A program made the position numbers and the translations under genes. A stretch of 56,044 nucleotides of DNA, filler included, from Sphacelaria rigidula (lineage: Eukaryota), in the NCBI GenBank assembly GCA_964200075.2. It is 5 parts of 5 records of this genome, joined end to end, with 100 filler letters (N's around TTAATTAATTAA, not from the genome) between each part and the next. Parts side by side here need not be neighbours in the genome. Positions count along the whole stretch, not along the records: positions 11,233 to 22,361 come from CAXNAA020005346.1; positions 22,462 to 33,589 come from CAXNAA020005347.1; 3 more parts are not named here. One strand, 5' to 3'. This document shows, piece by piece, positions 11,970 through 25,919 of the stretch. The notes below the pieces were generated by a model, which saw only the letters and a list, made by a program, of their open reading frames with translations, ran no database searches and was not told the origin of the DNA. The stretch's first letter is position 1. Each line of letters starts with the position of its first letter.

Positions 11970-13039
11970 TATATTTTTATACTTCAAAGTATGTGTGTGT
12001 ACGTCTAACCCCTCCATGCCATTGATCCTTCAATTACGTTCAACCTGCCGTACTCGGCTCTTCGCTAGTCTGACACGTCTGTACTCGGCTCTCGCAGTAC
12101 TTGGGTATTTGGGCTTTGCTTGCTTCTCTTGATTTATGATGAACCTTTCCGTGCGGTCAATCCGTTCGTACTGGATCTTCCCCCCTCACCCCAAGTACTT
12201 GTGCTACAATATAACGTAACTGCTATGATGAATCGTAACTAGTTGCATCGCGAATTTGTTATGGAAAGATAATTGCTCGAGGAAACGTCTACCTCATCTC
12301 AGGGATCAGAATCAAAGTACGGTGCATTCACCGGACATTTACCCAACCGAGCTTTATCCAAGCTGTTGTACTAACTGTACTGAGCTGGACTGGACCGTTG
12401 TCACTCCCGCTGTGTCTACTCGCTGCTCGCTGCTGTGCAAGGGTTTGAATAGGAATCGATTGCATATTCCCCGTCGTCATGATTCAACTGCTATTCCGGA
12501 AGGTCATGTTGGCCGAACGGAAGCCCGCTTCGAAAAACCGTGGATCGGAAATCCGAAACACGCGATGTCTGATGATCGTACAAGTCTTGATTGCCGTCCC
12601 TTTGGGGTGGCGATTGTCCGCTACGCCTGATGATCGCACAGACCTACAGTGTCATTTCTTCTCGATAATATGGAGGCATTTGCAGAAATCGTAAGTCATA
12701 ACCCACGGCTGTCCACTACAGACGGCCATGCTCCAAGCTACCAAACAGCCCGAGGTTAGCCTTGGGAAAAGTGTGTTGACATCAGCGCCTCAAGATGGTG
12801 CCACAGGCCACCTCGCAGGCTAAGGTGGACGGATGGGATGAAGCAGGTATGCACCTGCGTTTAATGAATGAAATGTAGCGCGGCTGGGTAAGGCACGACG
12901 GGTTTGGATGGTGTGCTTCGACCGCCTGTAGTCCGCCTGTACTCGCTGACTTTGTACTGAAGTGTGCGCCAAATGTTCAGTATGAGGAGGGGCACACACA
13001 GAGGGTCAAGCGTGAAGACCGCCGAGCGCCACCCTGTAG

Positions 13040-14000
13040 AATGCCACCGCACATGACTCCATGGGGCATGTCCATGTGACCTTCGCACAGCGGTTGAGTC
13101 CTGTGCTGTATCACTGGGCGGTGGAGACGGCCCGAAAGCAAGGACGCCGCCCTTGTGTGCCGCACCCCTGCGCTTTGAAAACAGACAGTACTGCTGTCAC
13201 ATCGGCGCGGTAAGTGTTGAGTCGACAACTAGGTCAACGATCATATTACCGCCTAGCATGTGTGGGAGTGTTCATTTGACGGATCACGTGAGAGCGCGAG
13301 TTGTAGGCCACGTACATGCAGCACTGCCTATGCTGTAGTTACGACCCTGCTTTCGTACGGTCCAGCCAACGCATCCGTCCCACATGTGGCAATGCCCGAC
13401 AGAGGTTCTCAAATGCTGTCGAGAGAGATCATGAGCCGGTCCTGTCGTCGTACGGTCGATGGTTGTGGCGTCCGCGGAAGTCACACGAATCGAGCACATG
13501 GGGTAAAGATGAAGTATCTCATCACTGTAGAGGACGATGAGGTTTGGGTGAGCGAGCATTCGGGTGCACAAGCGCCCCGGCGAACGTTATCGGGGGTTAT
13601 CTCAACAAGTACCACTGATAAACTGTGGTTTTTCGATATCTGATGGTCAATAACACCCCCTGATGAACGAGGTCTTTACACGGTACGAGTGTTATCCCGA
13701 CAAGCCGAGATCCACGGTTGTGTCCTGAAGGCGACCACCTTCGTTCCCCCTATTTGCAGGCACTCCAGCGCTTTGCTGAGGTGTCGGTTTGTCCCAACAA
13801 AAAATATGGGAATGAAATAGTTCGTCGGGCTTTATTGGAAGGTGCTCAGTGTTGCCCAGTGCTTTGAGAGGTGGCGAATACGACTCGGATACTCTACAGC
13901 GGGGCGTGCAAAACAAGGGAAGACGATGATGAATTCTGAGAAGCAAGACTGAGCGTTATCCATGGATGTATCACACGACCCCCAAACTCTATTACTGTAT
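13040..14000 (+). pseudogene. Possible highly decayed Gypsy integrase
   Basis: Only weak motif echoes (MSRSCRRTVDGCG, KYLITVED). Confidence 0.25.
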
Positions 14001-16720
14001 CTTTCCATCCATTGCTGTCTCCATCTTGCTATCTTGGCTCCCGACCGACCAAACATCTTCACACAGACATGCACCATGGGTGGAGCACGATAATTTCGAG
14101 TGATTCATTTCCATGGGCTGTTTTTTTTTTTCCCGTAAAATATAACCAAAAATCACTGAACGAGCACCACGAACTGCAGTTTGACGTGTGCAGTATTAGT
14201 ATCCCCCTGTATCTGCGTTATCATGAGTGTTGTTTTGTCCGCGTGGAAGTCCTGTCCCTGGCGTTTGGGAGTCGTCTCGCTGGGGGCTTCCTGTCTTTTT
14301 TTCCGATACGGTGTCAGTTCCCTACTCTAGCCCCAGGTGCGACGCGGTCACTTGAGACCTCTTATCAGGCAAGATGTGAGCGTCGTTGTTGCTGACCAGC
14401 ATAGGTGCCGCTTAGGGAGCAAGCAGGGTGATGCAAGCCAGCCCTAGAGATCGCCAAAGGCCGGAAATATTCCCTACACTTGATTTGCGAATGTTTGTTC
14501 GTGTCTCTGCCTTCGTTGTTTTTTGTTCACCGTGCTTCTGTACTGCACACCTTGGACAATGACGTTGCCAAAAATTGTACTGAGCACGTTATGGAATATC
14601 TTGCCTATTGCGAAACACATGAGATTCGATACTGCGCGCACTGCGCTTGTCCCCCCGATATAATTCGTTGTCCGGGTGCTGCACTGGTGGTGGATTTCGG
14701 CGTAACATGTCGTTTTGACATGTGCAACCCGGCTGTTTTCGCGACTACCATCCGATGTTGGCACATACCGTTTTGACGCGCTGGCGCCCGCTGATTTTTG
14801 TTTTTGCCAAGCACGTGTTATGTGCTTTTTTTCAATCTTGATCGCTGTTTCTGGGACGACCCCGCTATTTTTGTTTCGTTGCGCGTGTTGTCTCCCTGTC
14901 CCGTTTTTCATCCTCTTGGCCTCTCCGCCGTCTGCCGTTCATTGGTTTGGTTTCTTGGCTGTCGGCGTCTTTCTGCCCGAATGCAGTGGACCTTCGTCAC
15001 GATGTTGGTAGGCGGGTGTCGCACCATCCTCAAAAGCCGCCAAAAGGTGAGATCGATGTGTATCCAGAGGAAGAGACAGATCTAAAGAATATACATGTAG
15101 AAAATAGTTTGTGAATGAACGGGTTTACTAACAAAGTAAATCTAGACCTGGATGTATTCGTACACATATCTTCGCAGGATATATTTGGTTTGTTCACCAC
15201 GCCACTGTATCCGCGCCCGGCCAGTTGAAGTCCCTGCATATTAAGAGGGTCCCGGCGCATCCTGTCGGGTGCTTTGCAGAAACTGAAGGTTACCCGTACT
15301 TTTTTTGTGGACACTTCGTTGATGTGGTGACTGACGATCATTAGATGAAAGCCGCCATGAAGGTGTATCGAAAGGCATTGAGACCACAACAAATATCACC
15401 AAACGAGTATGGGTCTTTTCCCACGACCGACTTGTTTTCTTCCAGCTCCTACTCTGGTGTCTCTGTCGGTTGATTTCGTTCGTGTTATTGTCTGTCTTGA
15501 ACCCTTTTGGGACCGGGCCTCTGGAATGACCTATGAGGCTGGTCAGTGATGACGTGTCTGGCGTTTGCACGAAACAGTGGCGTGTTGCTGAAAACCCGCG
15601 TATGTAACCGCAGGGTTATGACAAACACCAAAAGTTCCAATCTATTTTCAGGTGCAGGGTGCGCATTAGGTGGTGTACATCTAATGTAGCAAGCAGTATG
15701 GGTTGCGGTGAAGAGCTTCCAACAGGATGCGACGACCGGCGGCCCACCCGCCACTTGTGGCTTGGGATGATACTCTGGTCCTATCACCTCGCCAAACAGC
15801 CCTTTGTGGTCGGGGTGGGCCGCCGTTTCCCATCTTGTTGCATGCGGCAAATTCTCTTGCAACGGTACTAGCGTTGCGGCGCGCATGCATACAACAGTAT
15901 AGCACAGTACTATCTAGTATGCCTTTCCGACTGAAGCGGCAGCTTCCGCTGCATACTCCCTTGCACGTTCTGGGCAATTCTCAGCTACCGAAATCAGCTG
16001 CCAATATACAGCTTTGTCATCCCCGTCCACAACATACATGTGGACTGCACACTGCAACTCATCCGCAGAGATACGCAGAATTCATGACGGTAGCTCTTTT
16101 TGTCTTCCCACAGCCCACCTGGATTTTGTGCCTCGTGGAAATGACCACATGGTGGCATGTACATTCCTTCCCGGTTTTTTCCGGCCCACCCTGTGTTAGT
16201 TTAAATTGCTACGTTTTAGTGGAGAATTGGGACCCCAAAAACACTCCGGAAAAACTCGGGAACGGTATACTGAGTGCAGGTAATACCATGAAACCAAGCC
16301 GCGACCATCCTGTATTTGGAAACCTGGAGAGGCTTATCTGCGCCAGGGATATGGCCCCCACACGATCTTTGCAGTGGCACCACACTCGACAACAATCCCT
16401 GCACTGCCCGTTCGGGTCTGGTCGATGGTTTTCGCCTCGCTGTGATTGGGCAGGTCGCTCGAAGACTTGTTTTTAATTATTTCACTAACACAGGATCAAC
16501 CCTGTGTTAGTGGGGGTCCGGTCCCACAAGGGTGAATCTATTGCTGCAAACAGTAGTTGTTTGTGCTCGAGTTGCCTGCAGCGTATTGCTATGTACTATT
16601 TCACCTTAATGCCGGTCACCTCGGTGGCTCAGTTGGTCACCTCGAAACCTTCTGACGGCTGGGACGTGGATTGGAATCTCGGTGAAGTCGCATGACCTGG
16701 GATTTTTTCTCACATCATGC

Positions 16721-16810
16721 TGTGACGGTTCAAGAGACAACCAACTAGACTACTGACAAGTCAGCGCTGACTGGTCAGTAGTCTAGTTGGTTGTCTCTTG
16801 AACCGTCACA
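16721..16810. mobile_element. 90-bp loopless palindromic insertion, TGT..ACA termini, 4-bp TSD ATGC
   Basis: Two 45-bp arms with one mismatch. atgc|tgtgacgg...ccgtcaca|atgc. Confidence 0.9.
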
Positions 16811-18978
16811 ATGCCCAACAATGGAGAGTGACTTTTGTCGTCGGTGCACAGAGTTCAACTTCACCGTCGACGAGAGAAATGAATAGCTGAACCCTTATTG
16901 CGCTAGAAACAGAAGGCAAGCCGCGCAGAAGGAAGGTGAAGTGTGAAGGCAGACCAAAATTACCAAAACTCCTGTGTTGACCTCCGTCTTACGTTGGTTA
17001 CCCTGGTTGGTTCGCACAGATATCCCGAATGCTTTAGACTGGCGTCCACAGTTAAGGGATGGGCGATGTGGCCGCTCTTCAGACTCCGGACATTGTGTCC
17101 GTTGCCGTGGATAAGATGGAGGAGGGACAGCCATTTTACGCCAAGGCAGAGGTGCGTTTTTCATGAATGGGGTGTTCGAGCTTCGGGCTATGTTGGATCT
17201 TTGGCGGGGAGGGGGTCTGGTGATGCCATGTTTCAACAGTCTCCTTCTCTCGTTGGGAAAAATATGGGAGAGGTGGCGACCGTTGTGGCCAAGAGATAGT
17301 ATTCGTATTTATCAGTACTCTTCCGAAGAAGACCATCCATATTCAGATATGAGTAGAGAACGAATGTATCGCTGTAAACTATCACATGGCAGCAGCTTTC
17401 AATGTGGCAACGGAAAGAAAGAGGAATGCTCCAATTGACATGATCAATCCCCCCCCAATTACGTTGTCGATTACTGTGTTGGATCTGATTGGTCAGGCGT
17501 GGTATCGGAGAAGTGGCGTTTGTGATGAGGGCAACGGACGGCTTGTGGGTGAGGGCTAACAGGCCTCCGATGGTGTTGCTGCTGGAGCTGATAACAGACA
17601 GGGTCTAAGCCGGAGCATTCATGTACAAGGTTGCACACGAAAACGGCGCTCTTTTCAGGGCGGCGCCGGGTCCTAGTGCCCCCCCTGTCAAGGTACGTGG
17701 TACGCTCGGTGCGGGTGTTTGTGGAGGTGAATATCAGTGAGGTTCCAGTCTTGTTGTTTCCTCACATTAGCTCTATTTCTCGAACCCGTGGTCACAGACG
17801 CAGGCTCGCCTTTCCAGCAGCGTCACTACTAATCATTTTGTGTAAACGCCAGTGATGCAGGAACCATTGATAATTTCCTGCCGAGTGAAGGCCTCGTTGT
17901 TGACCGCTTGTCATTATTACTACAGTACCCCCGAGTTCAAAGTGGGAAATTTGGTGATTTCTTCGTAATTGGCGGTTTCATCAGGTTCTTTCGCTTGTCA
18001 CCGCCTATCACATTGGGGATCTGAAGATGCTAGTATCTGCTCTACATTGCGAGAAAAAAACCATCTGTAGTCAATATTGAGTGATTCACGGGCTGATCGG
18101 TCGTCGGGGGTCCTGCCACTCTTCAGCCCAGCTTCTGACGCTTGGGTATTTTCTGTCGATCGAGCCTGTCCCGATCGTATTCGTGAAGAAATGAAAATAC
18201 TTGTTTTTTTCAATCAGTTTATTGCACTAGAGCCGAATAACTGTGTTTCACGGTCAACAGCACCCTCCTGATAAACGGGGTATCCACTCGTATGTATCGC
18301 CCGATAACATCGACCAGCACTAACTTGAGCATTGGGGGGAGAAGACGATCTGTTCATTTTACCAACATTTATCGACGCCAGCAAATTCAACTTCTATAGA
18401 AGATGATACGCGAGGAAAATCCCAACTTAGGCCGTGCCTACTTTGAACTTGGGGTACTGTACCTCATGTCGGTACGGACAATACTCCAATCGTATCCCAA
18501 ATGTCATTATCCACTCCACACATGAACTGTATCGATCAGCCTCGAGGGACTTTACCGGTCGGTGTGGAAGCTCATCAGCGTGTGCAAGCGGCTGGTGCGT
18601 GCGGAGGGTGAAATTGAGCTCAGACGTCCGCCGGTCTTCCCGCACGTGGTCGGCAACGATGGTTGGGTGTTCGACCGGCGAGGTCATACTACAGTGCGCG
18701 AGGATGTCACCGGAAAATCAAGGTATATATGTACATGTATCATTTCACTTTTTCCACCACTTTTGCCGAGTTTTCTCTGGCAGCAAGGCATCTCATCACG
18801 CGCTTTCTTTTGCAGTGGATGGAGAAGGCGCAGCGGTACATTACCTTTCAGGTTTGGGTGTCATCTGATACCTGTGGCGCGTGTTCTGGCCATCGAACGT
18901 CGCTCAATCTGGCCTTTTTTCGCGTGGCGTTAATCCCGAACCACATCTCTTCAAGATCGTGGAAAACTTGACAAAATA

Positions 18979-19103
18979 TATTTTGGACTTGCGTCACCCC
19001 TGGAAGGCCAGTACCAACCTCCCGAAGGAACACCTTGTATATGTATATATACATATATATATATATGTATAAAGCCTCCCGAGGGTGACGCAAGTCGAAA
19101 ATA
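18979..19103. mobile_element. Short MITE with internal (TA)n
   Basis: tattttggacttgcgtcaccc...gggtgacgcaagtcgaaaata. Confidence 0.8.
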
Positions 19104-19165
19104 AAGCGGTGTTATTCCTTTTTCATATTATGGAGGCAATTGTGTGGGAGAATATGTACCTTCCA

Positions 19166-19608
19166 GAGTAGAAAACAGTGGATTCTCGAAAATGGGGCTG
19201 AAAAAAAGAGAGGTTCAATTCAAAAGCCGGGCTTTCCTTGGCCTAAATTCATGACAAATGGCTTCTATATGGACCACCCCATCCCTCCCGACCTCCCTAA
19301 AACTATTTCGAGGCGTTTCTAGCCTTCCGTTCCCCCAAAGGGTATGTGCGGAAGCACGAATTTGGGGGCAAAAAACGTCCTTCTTTCACGCCGAAATCGA
19401 GGCAAAAGTGTACTTTCGCACATACCCTTTGGGGGGATGGAAGGCTAGAGATCCCCCGATATGGTTTTAGAGAGGTCGGGAGGGATGGGGTGGTTGGTCC
19501 ATATAAAAATCATTTGTCATCGATTTTGGTCAGGGAAAGCACGGCTTTTGAGTTGAACCTCATCTACTTTTTTCAACCCCATTTTCGAGAATCCATTGTT
19601 CGATACTG
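19166..19608. mobile_element. Foldback MITE with about 190-bp arms, nested in the 2.7-kb element
   Basis: cagtggattctcgaaaatgggg...ccccattttcgagaatccattg. Confidence 0.88.
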
Positions 19609-22361
19609 TCACATTCCGCAGTTTTGATTGTCTCAGACCAAGAGTGGCGAGAAGAGCGGTGGACACTTCCAGCATGAAGAGCTCGCTTCACGGGCGGTGT
19701 GCGGAGGTGGGAAAAACACCATCACGCACGAGACCCGTCACAGCACACATCGCAAGTGATTGCTACTGAAGTAAGGTCGCGTCCCGGTAGTACGCGGCGA
19801 ACTTGTGCAGGGTTCTCTAAATGCCGGCCCGACCCCGCGCGCACGGATTTCAAATCACACTTGTTTACAGTACAGTATACATGTATGATACTGCTCGCTG
19901 TCTGTGTGTACGTGGTGTACTACCCCTTGCTCTGCCACATCTAGTGCAGCAGTCGGTGTTGCAGCGAAGTGTGCAGTCGCCCTAGGTGCCGCACGCAAGA
20001 GTAATAGGTCGCCTCTGCCGCTATAATTCCTGCCTGTATCTTGAGCGGAGCTGTATGGTAGCACAGCCGCTATGGGGCGCAAGCCGGCTGTAACAATTCA
20101 TACCGCGTGGAGATTTCTACACTGTCTTGATTTCATACTGCGCGCAGTTCCCACTTTTGTACGAGTACTGTGCACGTCGCAGAAGGCAATAGGTTCCATA
20201 CTGTGCACAGCACATGCTTATAAATTGTATGCTGACTGCAGAAAGCTCTTGTCTAGGGTGTAGTACGTTTCCATACATATCAGGCGGTGAGATCGTGAGG
20301 TAATCACCGAAATATTCGCGTGCAAAGCCTGTGCGGCCGTACTCCTAGTTGATAACGCCAGGAGAACACCAGTGCAACGACCATTTTGGCTGCAGACCTG
20401 TTTGCACGGCTGTCCCGGTAGTGATGGGACTGTCTGTACCGGGATGTCGCCCCCAGTGCCAGGTACGCCAGCAAGGGTCCGTGGCACTACCCACTGGTCG
20501 CGCGACAGGAGCATAATCTTCGACTGTCGAGCTTTTTGAAGCGGAAATGTTCATCTCCCAACCCTCACATACACAGCGGCCATAAACGACGCTTGTTTGC
20601 TGTGTTTCTTCGAGCGTTCGTCCATAACTGGGCGAAGATTGATGATGAGGCCGGCAGGATCCGTCGCAGCCTGCGTGAACAACTGTCACTGTACCCGCTC
20701 TATCTAGCCGTCATTAGACACCAGGGTGTGGAAAAAATGAAATGCCACGCACCGTGGGTATCCACCGTATCAATGCACACCAGGCCATCAGCGACTTCCC
20801 CTGCTGCAGCTGTGACCGTGACACCTTCCTCTGATATCAATCTGCACATTCTGCAGTGTTCTTCACCATGCTTTTGTGGATTGTTATGTTCGCATAATTG
20901 GGGCACACATCACGCAGATATGACCGTGTTGGAGGCTTCACGTCAAAACTCAAAGATGAGGGATCTCAGATCATTCGACTCGTGTTTGCTGCTGACTAAG
21001 TCAAGGCAATGTCCAGCTGTTTCCAACTGCTTTGCTCCCATGTCCTCGTGACATTCGCTGCATAACCGCTGTCTTGGTGTTCCCAAATCATCGAGAATGC
21101 AAAGAAAATCGCGGTGGAAAAATACCCCGCCATGAGTGGGCTTTTGTGGTTCTTGTTCGAAGTTTTCCACGATCTTGAGGAAGGCTTTTGTGGTTCGGGA
21201 TCGACACCCCGCGAAAAAGAGCCAGTGTGGGCGACTTTCGATGGCCACAACACGCGCCACCGGTATCACACGACACGTAAACCTCACAGATAATGTACCG
21301 CTGCACGTTCTTCGTGCACTGCAAAACAAAGCGCGGTATAAGATGCCTTGCCGTCAGAGAAAAGTCGGCAAAAGTGGTGAAAATGGCGAAATGATACATG
21401 TACATGTATGTACATGTCCACGTCTTTCTCTACGGCCGTTTTTCCTCAGTAGTTGTCCGTTTTTCGTTTTCCGTCCTGTGTTTGGCCCTGTTGCTTTTGT
21501 GGAAAAGGGGGGGTTTGTTGCTCAACAGCTGGTGTGCACGATAGGACGCAGGGTTCTTACTGTCGATCTCGGGGGATATGTGCTTCCAGATTTGTGCGTT
21601 CGTTTGAATCCTGAACTTCACCGAAGACTTGGGGTACGGTTCTAGTGGCGCTGGAACTTATGTCACTGAAAGAATGTCCTTGACATAGTTCTTCACACGG
21701 AAGTTGTCGGCGGCACATGGTGGTCCCTCTCACTACTGTACATCTTGATCCGAAAATGTTTCTTACGGGGGTTTGTTCCGAGCCGGGTGCAGAATTTGAA
21801 CGATTGCGCACTCTGTAAAACGTCCCACAAACTGCTGTCGTCCAGGATTCGTTTTATTAGGCAGAATACAGTGGGGCTATACCTCATTTTGTGTGAAACC
21901 AAAGCTTGTCAAAAATGGCTGCACCCGGGGGGCTACTCGTACTCACACGAAGCCGCCGGGAATCGGATCCTTGGATCACTACCCCGAAACTATCGATTTG
22001 ATGGAAGGACGATGGAATGAAGCGTGTTGCTGACCTCGTCGTACGGAGATGCTCCGCTTTGGAAGCTGTAGTCATTCCCCGTGAAGACTCGCGGTCATGG
22101 AGAATGACGTGTTTGTAGTTTTTCGTGCGGCATGTGTCGGCGTGTGGGTTGCTGGGGGCAAAAGCAAAGAGTGAACTCGATTTGTTTGACGCTGAGAGCA
22201 TGGAAAACATGTGCAGATATGTTTCGGGTAGAGGAGAGTCCGAGGATTCGTATTTGGGGGTTCCCGTACTCCCGGTACTCGGAGCACGGTACTCAGTACT
22301 GCATGTACTCTGCGAGACCAGGGTACCAAGGGTGCGCTAACCTAGCCACCCTACCCGAACA

Positions 22362-22461
22362 NNNNNNNNNNNNNNNNNNNNNNNNNNNNNNNNNNNNNNN
22401 NNNNNTTAATTAATTAANNNNNNNNNNNNNNNNNNNNNNNNNNNNNNNNNNNNNNNNNNNN
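22362..22461. other. Artificial contig spacer
   Basis: N44-TTAATTAATTAA-N44. Confidence 0.98.
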
Positions 22462-22525
22462 GTGGGCCGGTGAGTGGCCTGCGAAATACTGTTCCGAATT
22501 TCTACCGACCCGGTTTTTGATAGTT

Positions 22526-22782
22526 CCATGCTATTTTATACATTTAGAGTTGGACCCTGAAATTTGGTATGAACAGTGCATAGGGCATTAAAAAAAATAC
22601 TGGAGTACCAAAAGTTTTTTTTTTTTATTAGTTAAGGGCAATAATCGGTTTTCAGGTATCAGTAAAATGCCCCTAACTCATAAAGAAAAAAAAAATGGTA
22701 CCGAAGTAATTTTTTTTGTATGCCTTATGCATTGTCCATACCAAATTTCAGGGCCCAACTCTAAATGTATAAAAGAGCATGG
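22526..22782. mobile_element. AT-rich MITE with about 110-bp TIRs
   Basis: ccatgctattttatacatttagagttgg...ccaactctaaatgtataaaagagcatgg. Confidence 0.88.
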
Positions 22783-22849
22783 GCCTGCAAGCTTCAAATC
22801 CGCCTCTAGGCTGGCCCAGCTCGTGGAGCTTTTTGTATTGTTATCCAAC

Positions 22850-24900
22850 ACTCATTGTCGAATGACAATTATAGAGAGTGCCATATCAGACCGGCGAGAA
22901 GGTAGCGACGGATCCTGCCAGCTGTGTCATCAAACATAGCCGCTCGTGGATCAACACTCAAAGTAATATAGCTGATAAGTATCCTTGGGCTCCGTTATAT
23001 ATCTGAAGCTTTTGAGCTCAATGTTCCCGCTCCAACTCGCGCGACAGCTCGACGTAAGGCTCCTCTCACGCGAACTGTGGGCTTTTGCGAAGGACCTCTG
23101 CGAAGTTACCTGGCAAGCGGGCAACTTCCGCTTACAGCCAGTACCAGAACTTCCAGAGAGGTCGTAATGACAATTCGATAGCCACGAAAGTGGTTGCAGC
23201 GGCAGTGTTTTCCCGATCTCAAGTTAGAGTAAGGCTTTTCCAGGTTTGCACGTGAACATTCATGTGATTGAACAACTCCCACTTTGCCGAGCTCTTGCAG
23301 AGTATTTTACTATCTGACAAGGCCCCCCCCATCGGAATGTCAAGTATCTGACAAAGTGAAACGTGATGCGATGATGTGCATATCTACTTCCACTCCAGAC
23401 CCAGTCAGCAGTACATTACCCGTGTGCAGCTGTGAGAACACAGCACCAATTTAGTCATGAACGCCCAGAGGGGCAGGTTTTGAGTGCAGTAGCAACCGAT
23501 CTACGCAGTGACACTTATCCTTCGCCGTACAGATTTCTCCACCGTCTATCCATGCCTGTTGCGCCAGTTGTCCGTGCTGATTGTGATCACTCCTCTTGCC
23601 AAGATGATTCAACTGGAGCACTACAGTCGGTGTAAAACAAACGACCATAAGCCTTCATATCATTGAAGAGGAAAAACTCTGTTCAAGAGGCCGTCTCCGT
23701 CTAGGTCTGTGCTTCCTGTCCATAATATGGAGGCGGTATTTTTGAAGGTTATGCCTCCAGATACACCGTACCCAATGATACCAGAAAATCCAGTATATAT
23801 GTTGCTTGATGCCGCAGATAGGTGTTGAAGCCACACGTTCGGTGGCGCACGGCGCTCGGAGCGCTGTATCGTTTGAACACGGTGGTTATCACCATGGTGC
23901 CCCGAATCTGTCTTCAGACACTGTCCCATGACGATCATAGAGGGTACAATAGGGAACCGGTATGGAGGCAGCACCAAACCTTGCCAGCTATCTCGTCAAC
24001 CTTTACCCGCTCATGGGTCAACCGTCGAAGTAGCACAGCTATCAAGCATGTACCGGAATTCACCATATCACTGAGCTTACTGGGCCTTTATTCCCACGCC
24101 ATCTCGCGCGAGAGCTGGCGGAGTAACTGTTTTGATGCTAACTGTGTCTCCTGCCAAAGATCCCTGCACAGCCGCCTGGGCAAGGAGCAAGGAGCAAATT
24201 CTCTTCACAGGCCGGTACCAGAGCGTACTGTTCACACACCATAACCGTCTGATAGCCACCGAGGTGGTAGCTGTTGTGTATCAGTATCAACTCTCAGTCA
24301 GGTGTGTGGCTTTTACCTGAAGATTTTGGTGGTCCGCCATCTTTAGCTATGCCAGGATTTTGTGAAGTATTTCTCCTTCCGGCGCTATGATATGGGTAAG
24401 TAAGATTACCTCTAACCTCGGAAAACGAAGTTGGGGAATTCACCCGAATCTGAAAACAGTACACTTCACAAACCCCTTCAGCTCCACGTCACCCTACGAC
24501 GTTTTTCATTTCTGAAAGCTTGAGGAGATAGTGCAATGTTTTTCCATCACCGTTCACCTTCGACGAGGGCGAGATTCGACCTTCGACCCAAGCTGTCAGC
24601 GCCTCAAAGTGTGCGCGTAATAGGCAACACGTGGAGTTCTGATGGTTGCTCTTGACACTTTGATTTTGAAAAACGGAAATTTGATTCTTTACACGCATAC
24701 TCGATGAACACCGGAGACACCAGAACTCAAAAAGAGCGTCACTGTTAGAGATGCTAATCGGGCACAAAATATATAGTAAATTTCTAGCCAAGAGTGCCAT
24801 GGATCTTCCTGACGGAAAATCGCACAAGCCAATGAGATGGGAATGATACGCCCAGTCGATCGGCGAAGAAGCGAATGGGCCGCACGGTCGGTTTGGAAAA
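22850..24900 (-). pseudogene. Possible heavily decayed LTR-retrotransposon pol
   Basis: Fragmented coding-like minus-strand frames with weak RT/RNase H echoes only. Confidence 0.25.
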
Positions 24901-25335
24901 GAAGCGTAGAAGGCCATCTACACTTATGACACCCATACGTCCCTGCTGCATTGCATCGCCGGTACGGTCTGTTCATCATTTCCTTTCACGTCAAAACTGT
25001 GACAATGCAACACAGATGACCCGCCCTGGGGGTGCCAGTCTGTGTAGGTCGAGACAAAGTCGATCGAAAACGCACAGTAAAGTACAGCAGTGCAATGCTT
25101 GACATTACAGTACAGTGTTGTCTTCTTTCTACCACCATTCGTTCCGTTTGTCTATGGGTATGACCAAGGATCAGACGACACGAAACTCTCCGACACCACC
25201 ATCCCTTCCTGCCTTCAGTTGCAAAAAACGTGCTTTGGCTGCGGTGGGGATTCATTTCTTAAGCAAATAGTTCTCCCATCCAAACACAACTGACCCATCA
25301 TGCGGTGGCTGCTGTCTGTGTAAATAGACAAAGCC

Positions 25336-25907
25336 GAAGTGCACCGTACAACACAGTACAATCAGTACAGTACAGTGCAGTACAGTACAATGTTATCTTC
25401 TATGTGAAGCCCACCGCATTCCTCCCTTCTTCTGTGCGTATCGTGGAGTGTCGGATTACTTCTTTGGAGATCGTCACTGGAGATGGGCGCCTCTTTCTAT
25501 AAATAACCGGCTCTAGAGTTGAACCCTCTGAACCGCGTTTAGATTATCTGGGTTTTGCACTCATTTTTCAAGTACTCTACACGGCACGTTCGAGAAACGT
25601 CAGTGAACTGCCTTCTAGACGGACGATGCGACTGTTGACGCTCTAGAACTGTGCCTTCGAGAAAATATTTTTCAAATTTTCGAGAACGGTCATCGATCAC
25701 ACGGGTCGCAGAAGTGCACCGTACAACACAGTACAATCAGTATAGTACAGCGCAGTACAGTACAATACTATGTTCTCTGTGAAGCCCGCCGCATTCCCCC
25801 TTCTTCTGTGGGTATCGTGGAGTATCGGATTACTCCTTTGGAGATCGTCACTGGAGATGGTCGCCTCTTTCTATAAATAACCGGCTCTAAAGTTGAACTT
25901 TCTGAAC
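25336..25907 (+). repeat. About 197-bp direct repeats (25336-25533, 25711-25907)
   Basis: gaagtgcaccgtacaacacagtac...ataaataaccggctcta occurs twice. Diverged partial copy near 25075-25160. Confidence 0.9.
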
Positions 25908-25919
25908 GTTCGTAACCAT

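Larger units (their letters stand above)
18724..21412. mobile_element. About 2.7-kb non-autonomous DNA transposon with about 250-bp TIRs
   Basis: 18724-18970 is the inverse of about 21155-21412. Ends sit in TACATG/TA repeats. Confidence 0.8.
17900..22361 (-). pseudogene. Decayed Gypsy pol (RT, RNase H, integrase order) split by a TIR element
   Basis: RNase H-like FTLRTHQPL..EWIMTFGIRLEY at 18430-18690. Integrase Zn-domain echo YRWFFSRNVEQILASSDPQC at about 18000-18080. Weak RT echo RILDD near 21840. Confidence 0.4.
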
